Shown piece after piece: positions 40,308 to 51,951 of a stretch of 64,000 nucleotides of DNA (position 1 is its first letter; every line of letters begins with the position of its first letter). The translations under genes were made by a program, and so were the position numbers. The notes under the pieces are model-generated. The model did not search any database, was not told where the DNA came from, and worked only from the letters and a program-made list of their open reading frames with translations. The stretch comes from Anolis carolinensis (taxonomy: Eukaryota), in assembly GCF_035594765.1 (NCBI RefSeq), contig NC_085846.1, positions 13,565,190-13,629,189 on the forward strand, read 5' to 3'.

Positions 40308-41490
40308 TATGAGAATCAGAGCTGGAAGAGACACAGTGAGCCATCCAGTCCAACCTGCCAAAAAGCAGGAAAATCTCATTCAATGCACCCTGATAGATGG
40401 CCATCCAGCATCTGCTTAAAAGCCTCTGAAGAAGGAGACTCCACCACACTCTGGGGCAGAGAGAGAGTTCCACTGCTGAACAGTTCTCACAGTTAGGAAG
40501 TTCTTCCTCATGTTCAGGTGGAATCTCCTTTCTTGTAATTTGAACCCGTTGTCCTGCGTCCTAGTCTCCAGGGCAGCAGAAAACACGTTTCTTCCCTCCT
40601 CCTTCTGACTTCCCCTCACATATTTATACATGGTCCTCATCATGTCTCCTCTCAGCCTTCTCTTCTGCAGGCTAAACGTGCCAGCTCTTTCAACCGCTCT
40701 TCATAGGGTTTGCTCTCCAGACCCTTGATCATTTTAGTTGCCCTCTGGACACCTTCCATTCAATTGCAGTACCCAGAATTAGACACAGTGTGATTCCAGG
40801 TGTGGTCTAATCAAGACAGAATAGAGAGCTAGCATGACTTCCTTGGATCTAGATCAGTGGTTCTCAACCTGGGGTCCCCAGGTGTTTTTGGCCTTCAACT
40901 CCCAGAAATCCTGACAGTTGAGATTTCTGGGATTTCTGGAAGTTGTAGGCCAAAAACATCTGGGGACCCCAGGTTGAGAACCACTGATGCTTATTTATGC
41001 AGGCCAAAATCCCATTGGCTTTTTTGCCACTACATGACATTGTTGGCTCATGTTTAATTTGTTGGCCACGAGGACTCCAAGATCTTTTTCACACATACTA
41101 CTGTCGAGCCAAGCGCCCCCCATTTATTCTTTGCATTTCATTTTTTTCTGCCTAAGTGGAGTATCTTAGGCTGTTGAAGTTAATTTTGTTAATTTTGGAC
41201 AATCATCTCTCTAATCTGTGAAGATCATTTTTAATTCTGTTCCTGTCTTCTGGAGTATTGGCAATCTCTTCCAATTTGGTGTTGTCTACAAACTTAATGA
41301 TCGTGCCTTCTACCCTTCGCCTAAGTCAGTGGTTCTCAGCCTGTTGGTTCCCAGGTGTTTTGGCCTACAACTCCCAGAAATCCCAGCCAGTTTACCAGCT
41401 GTTAGGATTTCTGGGAGTTGAAGGCCAAGACATCTGGGGATGCACGGGTTGAGAACCACTGATCTAAGTCATTAATAAAGAAGTTGAACA
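40308..41490 (-). mobile_element. CR1 LINE 3' fragment with two nested hAT MITEs
   Basis: Minus-strand CR1 ORF2/3'UTR (NGFKLQERRFHLNMRKNFLTVR); MITEs at 40855-40986 and 41326-41461. Confidence 0.85.
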
Positions 41491-41587
41491 GAAGAGGAAC
41501 AAGTTGTATGAGAAACAAAGGAAAAGGGCAAGAAAGGACGAGAAGAAATTGAGGGAGAAATATGTATTTGTTATGTATTTAGAGAAT

Positions 41588-42660
41588 TCTTCGACGGTGT
41601 GGATCATAATAAATAGTGGCAAGTTCTTAGTGATATGGGGATACCAAGTCATCTTGTCTGTCTCCTGACAAATCTGTATAACAACCAAGTAGGAACAGTA
41701 AGAACAGACCACGGAACAGGAGACTGGTTCAAGATTGGGAAAGGATTATGGCAGGGCTGTATACTTTCACCCTACCTATTCAACTTGTACACAGAACACA
41801 TCATGCGGCGTGCAGGGCTTGATGAATCCAAGGCTGGAAGAAACATGAACAACCTTAAGATATGCAGATGATACCACTTTAATGGCTGAAAGTGAGGAGG
41901 AGCTGAGGAGCCTTATCACCAAGGTGAAAGAAGAAAGTGTAAAAGCTGGGTTGCAGGTAAACAGTGGCAGACTTTATATTTATAGGCGTGAAGATCACTG
42001 CAGAAGCAGACTGTAGCCAGGAAATCAGAAGACGTTTCTTTCTTGGGAGGAGAGCAATGGCCAACCTTGATAAAATAGTGAAAAGCAGAGACATCACACT
42101 GGCAATGAAGGTCCACATAGTTAAAGCAATGTTATTCCCCATAGTAACCTATGGATGCGAGAGCTGAGCCATAAGGAAGGCTGAATGAAGGAAGACTGAC
42201 GCTTTTGAACTGTGGTGTTGCAGGAAAATCCTGAGAGTGCCTTGGACCACAAGAAGATCCAACCAATCCATCCTCCAGGAAATAATGCCCGGCTGCTCAC
42301 TGGAGGGAAAGATATTAAAGGCAAAGATGAAGTATTTTGGCCACATTATGAGAAGACAGGAAAGCTTGGAATAGAGAATGATGCTGGGGAAAATGGAAGG
42401 GAAGGAAGAGGGGACGATAAGGGCAAGATGGATGGATGGTATCCTTGAAGCCATCTGTCAGGGATGCTTTGAATGCGATTTTCCCGCTTCTTGGCAGGGG
42501 TTTGGATTGGATGGCCCACTAAGTCTCTTCCAACTCTATGATTCTATGTGACTGGCTTGACCTCAAGGGAGTTGGGGGTGGTGGCGGCCGACAGGGAGCT
42601 CTGGAGTGGGCTGGTTCATAAGGTCACGAAGAGTTGGAAGCCGCTGAACTAATAACAACA
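41588..42660 (+). mobile_element. BovB (RTE) LINE 3' fragment, degenerate, with a CR1 3' tail inserted at ~42450-42548
   Basis: RT peptides MGIPSHLVCLLTNLY, GCILSPYLFNLY, NNLRYADDTT, DCSQEIRRR; frameshifts and stops. Confidence 0.9.
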
Positions 42661-43079
42661 CAATGTTAATTTGCTCTTAGGTTTACAATGTAAATAATGG
42701 AAGGCAGGAAGAAAAAGGAAAGAGGAAGAGACAAAGGAAGGGAAGAATTTAAAAAGCGGAGGAAGGAAGAGTGGGTAGGTATATGAGGGAAAGGAAGGAA
42801 AGAGGTAGAAGGGGCATGAGGGAAATGGAGAAAGGAAAGAAGGCCACAGCTTCAGGAGCCAGGTGGGAAATGGAGCCCAGGAGAAAGGTTTATTTAAAAA
42901 AATAATCTGAGGAAATTGAAGAAAATATCTTCATATGGATCTGGCCTTTCCACTTCAGCAGAGGAGCCATTTATAAGGCTAAGTTAACACTACTCCAAAA
43001 TCCTTTTCAATGGTGGAAGAGAGGAGGAAGCCTCAAATGACGACTTTTGCCCACAAACAAAATGGCTCCCCAAACTTCC

Positions 43080-43340
43080 AGCAAATGGGGCCGTTCTGCG
43101 CTTCTTCTCTATGCTCCTGGTACAAGGGCCAAAGAGCGGGAAGACGTGCTTTCCATATAAGGAAACAGGCCGGCGTGCGGGCGCACGTACGTACGCGCGA
43201 CGAACATGCTCAAGTCAGACTCTGGCTGATTGAAAGTAGAGGGGCGCCGTTTGCTCTTAAAGGGACCGTAGCCTCGATACTCGGCAAGGCCTGTAAAGGA
43301 GGGGGAATCGGCGGAAGCTGGCGGCAACAGCAGGACGGAG
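43080..43340 (+). promoter_or_regulatory. CpG promoter and non-coding first exon, probably of TMEM219 and/or the Harbinger-derived gene
   Basis: Local CpG cluster, near-palindrome GCGCACGTACGTACGCGC, reverse CCAAT (GATTG), strong donor GAG|gtaaga at 43340/43341. No other CpG island seen before the TMEM219 coding exons. Confidence 0.65.
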
Positions 43341-45147
43341 GTAAGATATGTATATATGTCTATATTTAAGTGGTGGTGTCAGGGTGAAAACTGGAGAGGG
43401 TCCCTGTGCCTTTAATGGCTACACAGCCATATAATTCAGATGATCTGCTTTGAATTGCATTATATGAGTCTACACGGCTATATAATCCAAAAATAGATAG
43501 ATAGATGGATTTTATGGAGAGATAGTGAGATAGATGCATGAAGGCTTTCTAATTGTTTAGGACAATGGTTCTCAACCTGTGGGTCCCCATATTTCTTGGC
43601 CTTCAACTCCCAGAAATCCTAACAGCTGGTAAAATGGCTGGGATTTCTAGGAGTTGTAGGCCAAAACACCTGGGGACCCACAGTTTAAGAACCACTGGTT
43701 TAGGAGATACTTCTGTCTACCTACCTATCTATCCATCCATTTATCTATATGTATAGATGCGATATATGGGTACTATGGATGAGTAGATAGATAGATCAAG
43801 GGAGGCTCCATAATTGTTTAGGAGATACTCCTTTTATCTGTCATTCTATCCATCTGTCTCTCCATCCATCTATCTAGCCTTCTAGATCTATAGATGTATG
43901 GGTACTAAAGATTTATGGATACATTGATAAAAGGAGGCATTGTAATTATTTAGGAGATACTTCTATCTGTCAATCTATCTAGCTATCTCTCCATCCATGC
44001 AGCCATCTATCTACCCATTCATCGATCCATCTATCCTTCTATATCTATAGGTATGGGTACTATAGGCTGCTCTGAGTCCACTTTGGGGTTAGAAGGGCGT
44101 AGTATAAATATGGTAAATGAATAAATAAAAATAAAATCCAGTTCAAAGCAGGTAATCTAGATCCAGAAACTGAGTTATATGGCTGTGCAGATGCGGCCTT
44201 AAACCCATGGCAGCGTGATTATTTGGAATCTGTAGAGCAAAGGTTATATAAACCCCAGGCTTCTTAAAAATTTTCCACTCGTAACCCCTTTCCTCCCGAG
44301 GAATTTTTCCTGATCCGAGGTATATTCCATAGGTACAGTAGAGTCTCACTTATCCAAGCTAAACGGGCCGGCAGAAGCTTGGATAAGCGAATATCTTGGA
44401 TAATAAGGAGGGCTTAAGGAAAAGCCTATTAAACATCAAATTAGGTTATGATTTTACAAATTAAGCACCAAAACTTCATGTTATACAACAAATTTGACAG
44501 AAAAAGTAGTTAAATATGCAGTAATGTTAAGTTGTAATTACTGTATTTACGAATTTAGCACCAAAATATCACGATATATTGAAAACATTGACTACAAAAA
44601 TGGCTTGGATTATCCAGAGGCTTGGATAAGCGAGGCTTGGATTAGTGAGACTCTACTGTATATAAAATAGGAATAGAAATCAAACATTTGCTGAAAATAA
44701 ATCAGCATTTGCAAGGCTTGCTAGACAGGCTGATTATCTTTTTTGTGAAGTATAGCTGAAGCATTTTCTGCAAAGTCCAGTCCACTAGAAACACTGCACT
44801 TAAGTTGCTAACAGATTTGTGTAAATGGATGGCATTCGGAAACCTTTTACTGCTGCCAATTACTGAGGCCACTTTCATTCCAAATGCCCCACTCCTCTCA
44901 GTGTTCTTCAAGAAAATTAATGTTCGGTTGCAGGATATTTTTGCATCTTCTCACACAATGAAGGTAGACCAATTCACCTGAATTTGATGCAAATGTTTGA
45001 CTTCAAGTTCCAGAAATCTCAGCTATTTTGGCCAATAATCAGGGATTCTGGAAGCTGAAGACCAAAACACCTGGACAGCCAGAGTTTGGGAAACTGTGTT
45101 TATAGCCCCAAGATCTGCAGAGTACTATGTGATAATTGCCTACTCGG

Positions 45148-45182
<35 letters not shown>

Positions 45183-47690
45183 GTTATTATTATTATCAAC
45201 ATTTATGTCCTGCCCTTCTCACCCCAAAGGGTACTCAGGGCAGATTACAAGTTATATGTACATACAATAAATTATATTATTAGCATAGCACAATATAAGC
45301 ATTATATATTACTATATTGTACTATACCACTATATTGCAGTATTATTAGTAATATTACATGTAATATATAATATACAATTATAATAGTGTATTATTATAT
45401 TTTATTACCTTATAATATTATCAATATTATATGTATATACAATATATTATATCATACTGTTAAGAGCCTAAAATGAACTAGCTGCATAACACAATGCCTC
45501 TCCAAGATTTTAAGCACAGAGGAAGACAGAGAGGGGTTTCTTGACACTTGTTAGCTAATATCTTTTCGCTGTTGATGGCCAAAGAGAATATTTTACAGAA
45601 TTTTGACATATAAAGCTCCTGATCTGCTACTGGGTAGTAGAGGTTTCCTCCAGTCAAGAGGCCCTTGATAAAAGTATCTGATGTGCAAGTGAGGTTTTCG
45701 CATCTATAATTAGAAATGTGAACCACTCTCTCCTTAGTCAATGTCCATAGCCTTGTAGCCTTATATGCATTTATTTCTGGGAAGATTGTCCTACATATTC
45801 ATGTATATGTCTAAACATTTCAGTCAAAAAATCAACCTCTAAAAAACTGGGTGGACTTATCTATGGCTCAATGGGAGTACTGTACCTCAATTCTTAGATC
45901 TAATTTTTTTTGTATTTTCCAGAGTAAGAACATGAGGGTCAGATTAATTTTTAAAGTTCTGAGGAGCTTACTGTCTGTGCCTTTTATCTAGCAGGCCCTG
46001 ATGGTAGAAACTGGGTTTTTTCAGCAATTGTTCCATATTTTGGAACATTCGTTTTGCAGAAGCCAACGAAAGCAGTACCTCTGTTACCTTTTATTGAGAA
46101 AGGCTTCTGGTTAACACAGTGCTTTCAGTATTGTTTTCTATCGCTGTTGTTGCGTTAAGGCGCCATGTTAGTTTGTTGTTATTTTTTAGGGGCTCTCAAC
46201 ACTGACCATTTAATGCAATTTCAAACCAGTATAAAGAAAGTGGTTCCTCTGACGATTACATAGGAAACCCTACAGCAAGTTTGAGACCCAAATAGCCATT
46301 ACACAAGAGCTCTGAGGTGCAGGAAATGCTTTCTTTTGCTAATTCTTGTGGGAGTTGGTTATCTGGCTACAGCAGTTGGAAGCTAGCAGAAAACTGCATT
46401 AAATGGTCAGTATAGATTATTATTCTGGTGCTTTGTCCCTGTAGCCAGTTTTTCCCTGCTCCTGCCTATGCAATACAAGGAAGTATCTGACTGGTATTTT
46501 TTCATATAGGAAGCACAACATATCCTAAGCTCTAAATTCCTTGTTTCAGCTGCGATGCTTTTGGGAAGGACATGGTTCAGCAACTTGCTGTTCAGAATGT
46601 GTTTGGCTCTGCTTTTCATGTTTGTTCTTGTGTGCCTTCCATTTAGTTCTAACTAATGGCAACCCTAAGGCAAACCTGTCACGGGTTTTGCATTTTTTGT
46701 TTTTTTGCAAGATCAGTCTCAAAGGATCCTGGACAGTAGGGGCATAGATAATGAAGAATGTGCCCTTAAATACTAATGTCCTCAGGCATGATTTTTGGCT
46801 GGGATATGCTTCAAAATCTGGAATGCCACACTATAGCATTTAGGATTCTTCCAGACCTTTGGAGAGCCACCCTTTTATCAGAACTCGAAGTGTTCCCTGG
46901 ATTCCTAGAACAGACATACAATTAAAAAGTTATTTTTTCCCTAATATGGTAATAGGATTGGGACGAGTTAATTTAATGTATGGCTGGTGCAGTCTGAGCT
47001 AGTCCCAGCTTTTCCTTTCCCTCTACTATGTTTGGAGGTAAACTGGAGCTCAAAAAGAAGGACATATTTGAGATCTTATTTCCCTTCATCTGTGTATTTA
47101 TTATCTAGATTTTGTGAGTTATTTTGAAGCCCCTCAGAAGCAATATTTAGGCAGACCATGTTACATTTTGAGTTGGTTTTATTTTTGTAGGACAGAAAGT
47201 GTATGTTAACCTAGAATTCACAGGCTGAACTAATATATAGAACATGTTATTTCTACCTGTGTCTGCCTCCCCTTCTAGCCTTTGTGCTCTGTTCAAAACC
47301 TTCCTTCCAACTGCCAGGCCCTGGGAGAAGACCCCAGTGTGGAGAGAAGGAGACAATTCAGACACTGACAAATTGGCTCATTTTGAAGGAGGAAGGAACT
47401 GGGAATTCACTCACAGATGAATGCACTCTCCTCTCCCTTCCCCTTCAGAGCTGTACTTGTTGAATTGCCTGCTTGCTTTTCTCCCTCTGCATTGGTTAGC
47501 AGCAGCAATAGATCCTCCTAAAACTTGAAAACTATGGAGAATTTGGTTTTGGACATTGTGCAAAGGGCTACAGAATAAGAGGCATATGAACACGTAAATA
47601 GGGTTACCAGGTTGGGTACAAGACAGGGCTCATGTAACGTTAAGCCTGAACAGATTTGAGAAGCAGGATGAGATACCAAGAGGTCTAGAG

Positions 47691-48066
47691 CAGGGGTCCC
47701 CAAACTTTTTAAGCAGAGGACCAGTTCAATGTCCCTCAGACTGTTGGGGGGTGGACTATAGTTTGAAAAAACATCAACAAATTCCTATGCACACTGCACA
47801 TATCCTATTTGTAGATATAGATATATATGAAAGAACAATACAATATTTAAAATGAACAATTTTAAACAACATAAACTTATCAGTAGTTCAGTGGAAAGTA
47901 TGGGTCTGCTTTTGGCTGATGAGATAGTCAAGGTAATTGGGATTGTTGTCACGGTGTGCCTTCAAGTCGTTTCAGATGACCCTAAGTCTAAAGTTTAGAG
48001 CAGGGGCTGGGTAAATTACCTTGGAGGGCCGCATCCGGCCTAAGGGACTTTGTTTGGGGATCCCTG
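47691..48066. mobile_element. hAT (hobo-like) non-autonomous element
   Basis: Same TIR family; perfect 8-bp TSD GTCTAGAG. Confidence 0.9.
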
Positions 48067-48468
48067 GTCTAGAGAAATTTGGTCAGTGTGACATTGCCCA
48101 GTGGAGAATATAGGAAGGGAAGCAGAGAAGTACCAAGCTCTGTCCTTGTTTCCAGCACTTGTCCTTGTATGCCTCCTTCCTCATTGCTTTCCACTGGGAA
48201 GCAAGCACTGTATTGGGGGCAATGGTGAGGTTGGGAAGGCAGGTACCCTTACCTGACTGCAGGGAGCTTCATGGTACCTCAATCTGTTTTGAGTTTAACA
48301 TTACAAGAGCCCCATCTGGTGCTCAGCATAACTCAATGTGCAAGCTATACTTAAGCTTGTGTATGACACTAATGGGATTTTATCATAGTCTGACAAGAAG
48401 ATATGTGCTTTCACACTCCCTTTCGTGCACATGCCCTGCACCATAAGGCAGTCTGCCACAAGCTTCCT

Positions 48469-48684
48469 NNNNNNNNNNNNNNNNNNNNNNNNNNNNNNNN
48501 NNNNNNNNNNNNNNNNNNNNNNNNNNNNNNNNNNNNNNNNNNNNNNNNNNNNNNNNNNNNNNNNNNNNNNNNNNNNNNNNNNNNNNNNNNNNNNNNNNNN
48601 NNNNNNNNNNNNNNNNNNNNNNNNNNNNNNNNNNNNNNNNNNNNNNNNNNNNNNNNNNNNNNNNNNNNNNNNNNNNNNNNNNNN
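48469..48684. other. Assembly gap (216 N)
   Basis: Run of N. Confidence 1.
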
Positions 48685-50595
48685 ATGCTTTTGTGGCAAT
48701 TGGAATGGGCAACACTTTTCATGAAAGCTCTGGCAAGGTTAGCAGGAGAGGTGGCAAAGGGAGAAAGGAATAGCATAGTGAACATAATTTTTATTCCTCT
48801 GTATTGTTAGCAGCAAAATGCCATTAAAAACTATATGAAAATTTGCTGGGGAAATGTATTTTATGATTTATTTACACATACATACATGTCCCAGTTTTCA
48901 TGTTAACACCAGCACATTGGCTCCCATCTGCTGCAGCTTCTCCAATTATCAGATTAATTAGAGAACATTGGTCTCTTGCTTTTCATGAGTATCCAGTATA
49001 ACATGATACATAGAGCACAAGCATCCACTCATAGGGTAACACTCATTATAGTGCTTTGAATGCGATTTCCTGCTTCTTGGCAGGGGGCTGGACTGGGTGG
49101 CTCATGAGGTCTCTTCCAACTCTATGATTATATGACTCTATATACCTATTCCTAATATGGTACTCAGAAATTGGTACTGCTGAGTTCAATGGGATTTGCT
49201 TTCATACAAGGATGTGTAGGGTTGCAGCCATAATCTAACAGCAACATACTGAAATTTGTGAAGTGTGAGAAAATTAGTATCATTAAAAGCTATATATGTG
49301 TGCAAATCTTAAAACGAATATTAGATGAGTTCTAAATGCTTTTCACTGCTGTTCTTTTAAAAAATAAGGCAGTAGGGCAAAGAGGCATTAAATTACTTCT
49401 GCAAGTGTTGCTAAGGGTAGTGAAATAGCAGCTGAACAGAATTATTTGGGTCAGTAGGCCCACAGAACTGAGCCTCAAACACTGAGAATACATTAATGTC
49501 TTGCTCATTTCACGGAAAAGAGGATTTAAAACTTCATTCAGCTGCAGTCAAGGTTTGAATGAAATGCTTTTGGAGGAATTAAATTAACCTCTTGAAATCT
49601 TGCTTTTGTAACTGGAGTAGGGATTCTGAAAATGGGCAAGATTATAAATCGAGTGAGGATCTAGTGGTTCCGTCACAACCTGCTTATAATGATGTAGCCA
49701 TAACTGCCTTTGATTATGTGTAAAGGGACGTTCATTACTACTGAGTGACTACAATTTGGCTGGATGCAGGACTTTCATGGGAGCTATGCTTTTATGTTAG
49801 AAAACATGGCTTGATTGATCAGCTTGGAGTGCAAGTACTAAAGCATTAAATGTTCTAGTTTGAGCAAACATTAGGTATAGGTAAATAACTAAGTGATGAT
49901 CAGTTGTGTTAGAAGAATCATAGAATAATAGAATTGGAAGAGACCACATGGCCATCTAGTTCAACCTACCATGCAGGAAAAGCGCAATCAAAGCACTCCC
50001 GAAAGATGGCCATCCAACTTGTTTAAAAACCTCCAAGAAAGGAACTTCCACCACATTCTGAGGCAGGGAGTTCCACTGTTGAACAATTTTTACAGTCAGG
50101 AAGTTATGCTTCTGAATTCTCTAGGCTGCATGACAAAACCAAACCACACATTGCTTTCTTAAAGCTTGAGACGTTTTGCAGGATCGGGAATCCTTGTGGC
50201 CTCCCAATGTGAGCTATGACATAATTCCTGGTTATTTGCCATACTATTTGAGGGTTATGATACCCATAGTCAGAAACACCTGTAAGGTATTTCTAAATTA
50301 TTCTTCCTGTGCATAAGCAGAAAAGAATTGCTTTACTAGTATATTAGGAGGAAAGGCCTTTATAATTGAAATGTAAATGTGATTTAATTAGCAAGCAAAA
50401 AGACAATTAAAATGTATTGCCCTTCAGTTCAACAGTGCCTTTCCAGGTGAAGTTCAAAGACCGCTTTTGAGTTCTCCTTGCCTGCAGTTGTCATCCCTGC
50501 CTTGGCCATTGGTGTAGTTGGGGGATGGATTTTGATCTCCCAGCACAGTTACATCCCCTTTGAACCTACTGTGAACTTCAAGAGAGGCTGGATAA

Positions 50596-51951
50596 ATGGA
50601 GCAGGAGTGCCTAGCTCTTGTTGCTGCCTGTGTTCAAACATCTCAGTTGCTCATACAACAATGGATGCTCAACAGACGTGCCGTGATTTTTGCCATAGCC
50701 AGAATCCTGCAGCGCAGGCGCTTCCGACGATCAGCTGCAGTGCTGCGGCGTATCCTCTCCGCGAGCGTGCGACGCAAGAGAGCCCTGCTACGCCTTCACC
50801 GAAATGCTATTGTCTCTGTGGTCACCATGGTATACTCCTCTTCTCCTGCCCTGCACTATGAGCATGAGCTGATGGCCTTGTCGGAGAGATCACATTGGAT
50901 GCTTCCAAGATGCAGTGAATGGTGGGAGCGGATGATTTCTTCAGAGCAGGATGACAGGTGCTGGATTTCTTTGTTCCGAATGTCACGCTCTACACTTATG
51001 TATATCGCAGAGGAGTTGCGCCCCGCCTTGCAGCGTCGAGACACTGGCATGCGGTCACACATACCTGTTGAAAAAAGGGTTGCCATGACCATCTGGAAGT
51101 TAGCTCACCATGACAGTTACAAGACCGTCTCAGAACTCTTTGGGGTGGGAATTTCATCTGCTTGCTCAATATTTGAAGAGGTCTGTGAGGAAATAAACAG
51201 CAGGCTGTTGACTCAGACAATTCAGTTGGGAGACCCAGAGCAAATCATGGAAGGCTTCAAAGAGATGGGCTTCCCCAACTGTCTGGGCGCAATTGATGCC
51301 ATACACATCTCTATACTTTGCCCACCATTTTCAGCTGACTCTTACATTAATTGTAAAGGCTTCTATTCAATGGTATTGCAGGCCCTGGTGGACAGCAGAT
51401 CTCGCTTCACTGATATCTATGTTGGCTTTCCTGAGCGGTCTCACGATTCCCGCATCCTGCACAACTCTCCTTTTTTCAACAGTATGGATGAGGGTACCTT
51501 TGGGCCACAAACTCCATTGGTGCTGGAGGGGGTCTCAATGACTCCAGTCATAATTGGAGATCATGCATATCCACTTCGCCCCTGGTTAATGAAGCCATAC
51601 CCAACGCCAAAAACTGAGGCTCAAGAGACATTCAACGAGAGACTAGCTAAGTGCCGAGCCTGTGTGGAGAGAGCTTTTGGGGTCCTGAGAGCTCGCTGGA
51701 GATGTTTGCAGATGAGGCTGGATGTCAGGGAGAAGCTCATCCCAGTAGTCATAGCTACATGCTGTATCCTACACAATATCTGTGAGATCAAAGGTGATGA
51801 GCTGTTGGAGCCACTAGAAAGCCCTATTGCTACCGAAAACCAGAATGCTTCTGCTAGGCCAAGGGTACCATTGTCAGAAGCAGGATTGACCAAAAGAGCT
51901 TGTCAGATTAGGGCAGTTTATTGCTCTTATTTTGAAAAGAACCCTTTGTAA
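50596..51951 (+). CDS. PIF/Harbinger transposase-derived protein (HARBI1/ALP1-like, DDE_Tnp_4), 451 aa, single coding exon
   Basis: Uninterrupted ORF. N-terminal motifs SEWW..FRMSRST..IPVEKRVAMTIWKLA..FGVG (HTH region). Catalytic motifs GAID(D234)AIH, SHD(D284), GD(D322)HAYP, VE(E358)RAFGVLRARWRCL and CCILHNIC. Acceptor ttccag| at 50446; AATAAA at 52013. Confidence 0.9.
   Translation: MEQECLALVAACVQTSQLLIQQWMLNRRAVIFAIARILQRRRFRRSAAVLRRILSASVRRKRALLRLHRNAIVSVVTMVYSSSPALHYEHELMALSERSHWMLPRCSEWWERMISSEQDDRCWISLFRMSRSTLMYIAEELRPALQRRDTGMRSHIPVEKRVAMTIWKLAHHDSYKTVSELFGVGISSACSIFEEVCEEINSRLLTQTIQLGDPEQIMEGFKEMGFPNCLGAIDAIHISILCPPFSADSYINCKGFYSMVLQALVDSRSRFTDIYVGFPERSHDSRILHNSPFFNSMDEGTFGPQTPLVLEGVSMTPVIIGDHAYPLRPWLMKPYPTPKTEAQETFNERLAKCRACVERAFGVLRARWRCLQMRLDVREKLIPVVIATCCILHNICEIKGDELLEPLESPIATENQNASARPRVPLSEAGLTKRACQIRAVYCSYFEKNPL

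Noticed and set aside
41635-42454. RT-like ORFs as an active retroelement
   Set aside because: 5'-truncated BovB with frameshifts and stops.
47318-47430. Possible exon after the acceptor-like ccag|GCCCTGG
   Set aside because: No convincing donor and early stops in the frames checked; cannot be supported without RNA data.
48301-48810. ORFs spanning the N-run
   Set aside because: Artefacts of the assembly gap.
50596-51951. Calling the ORF HARBI1
   Set aside because: Length, N-terminus, motif details and genomic neighbours differ from vertebrate HARBI1; no gene symbol assigned.
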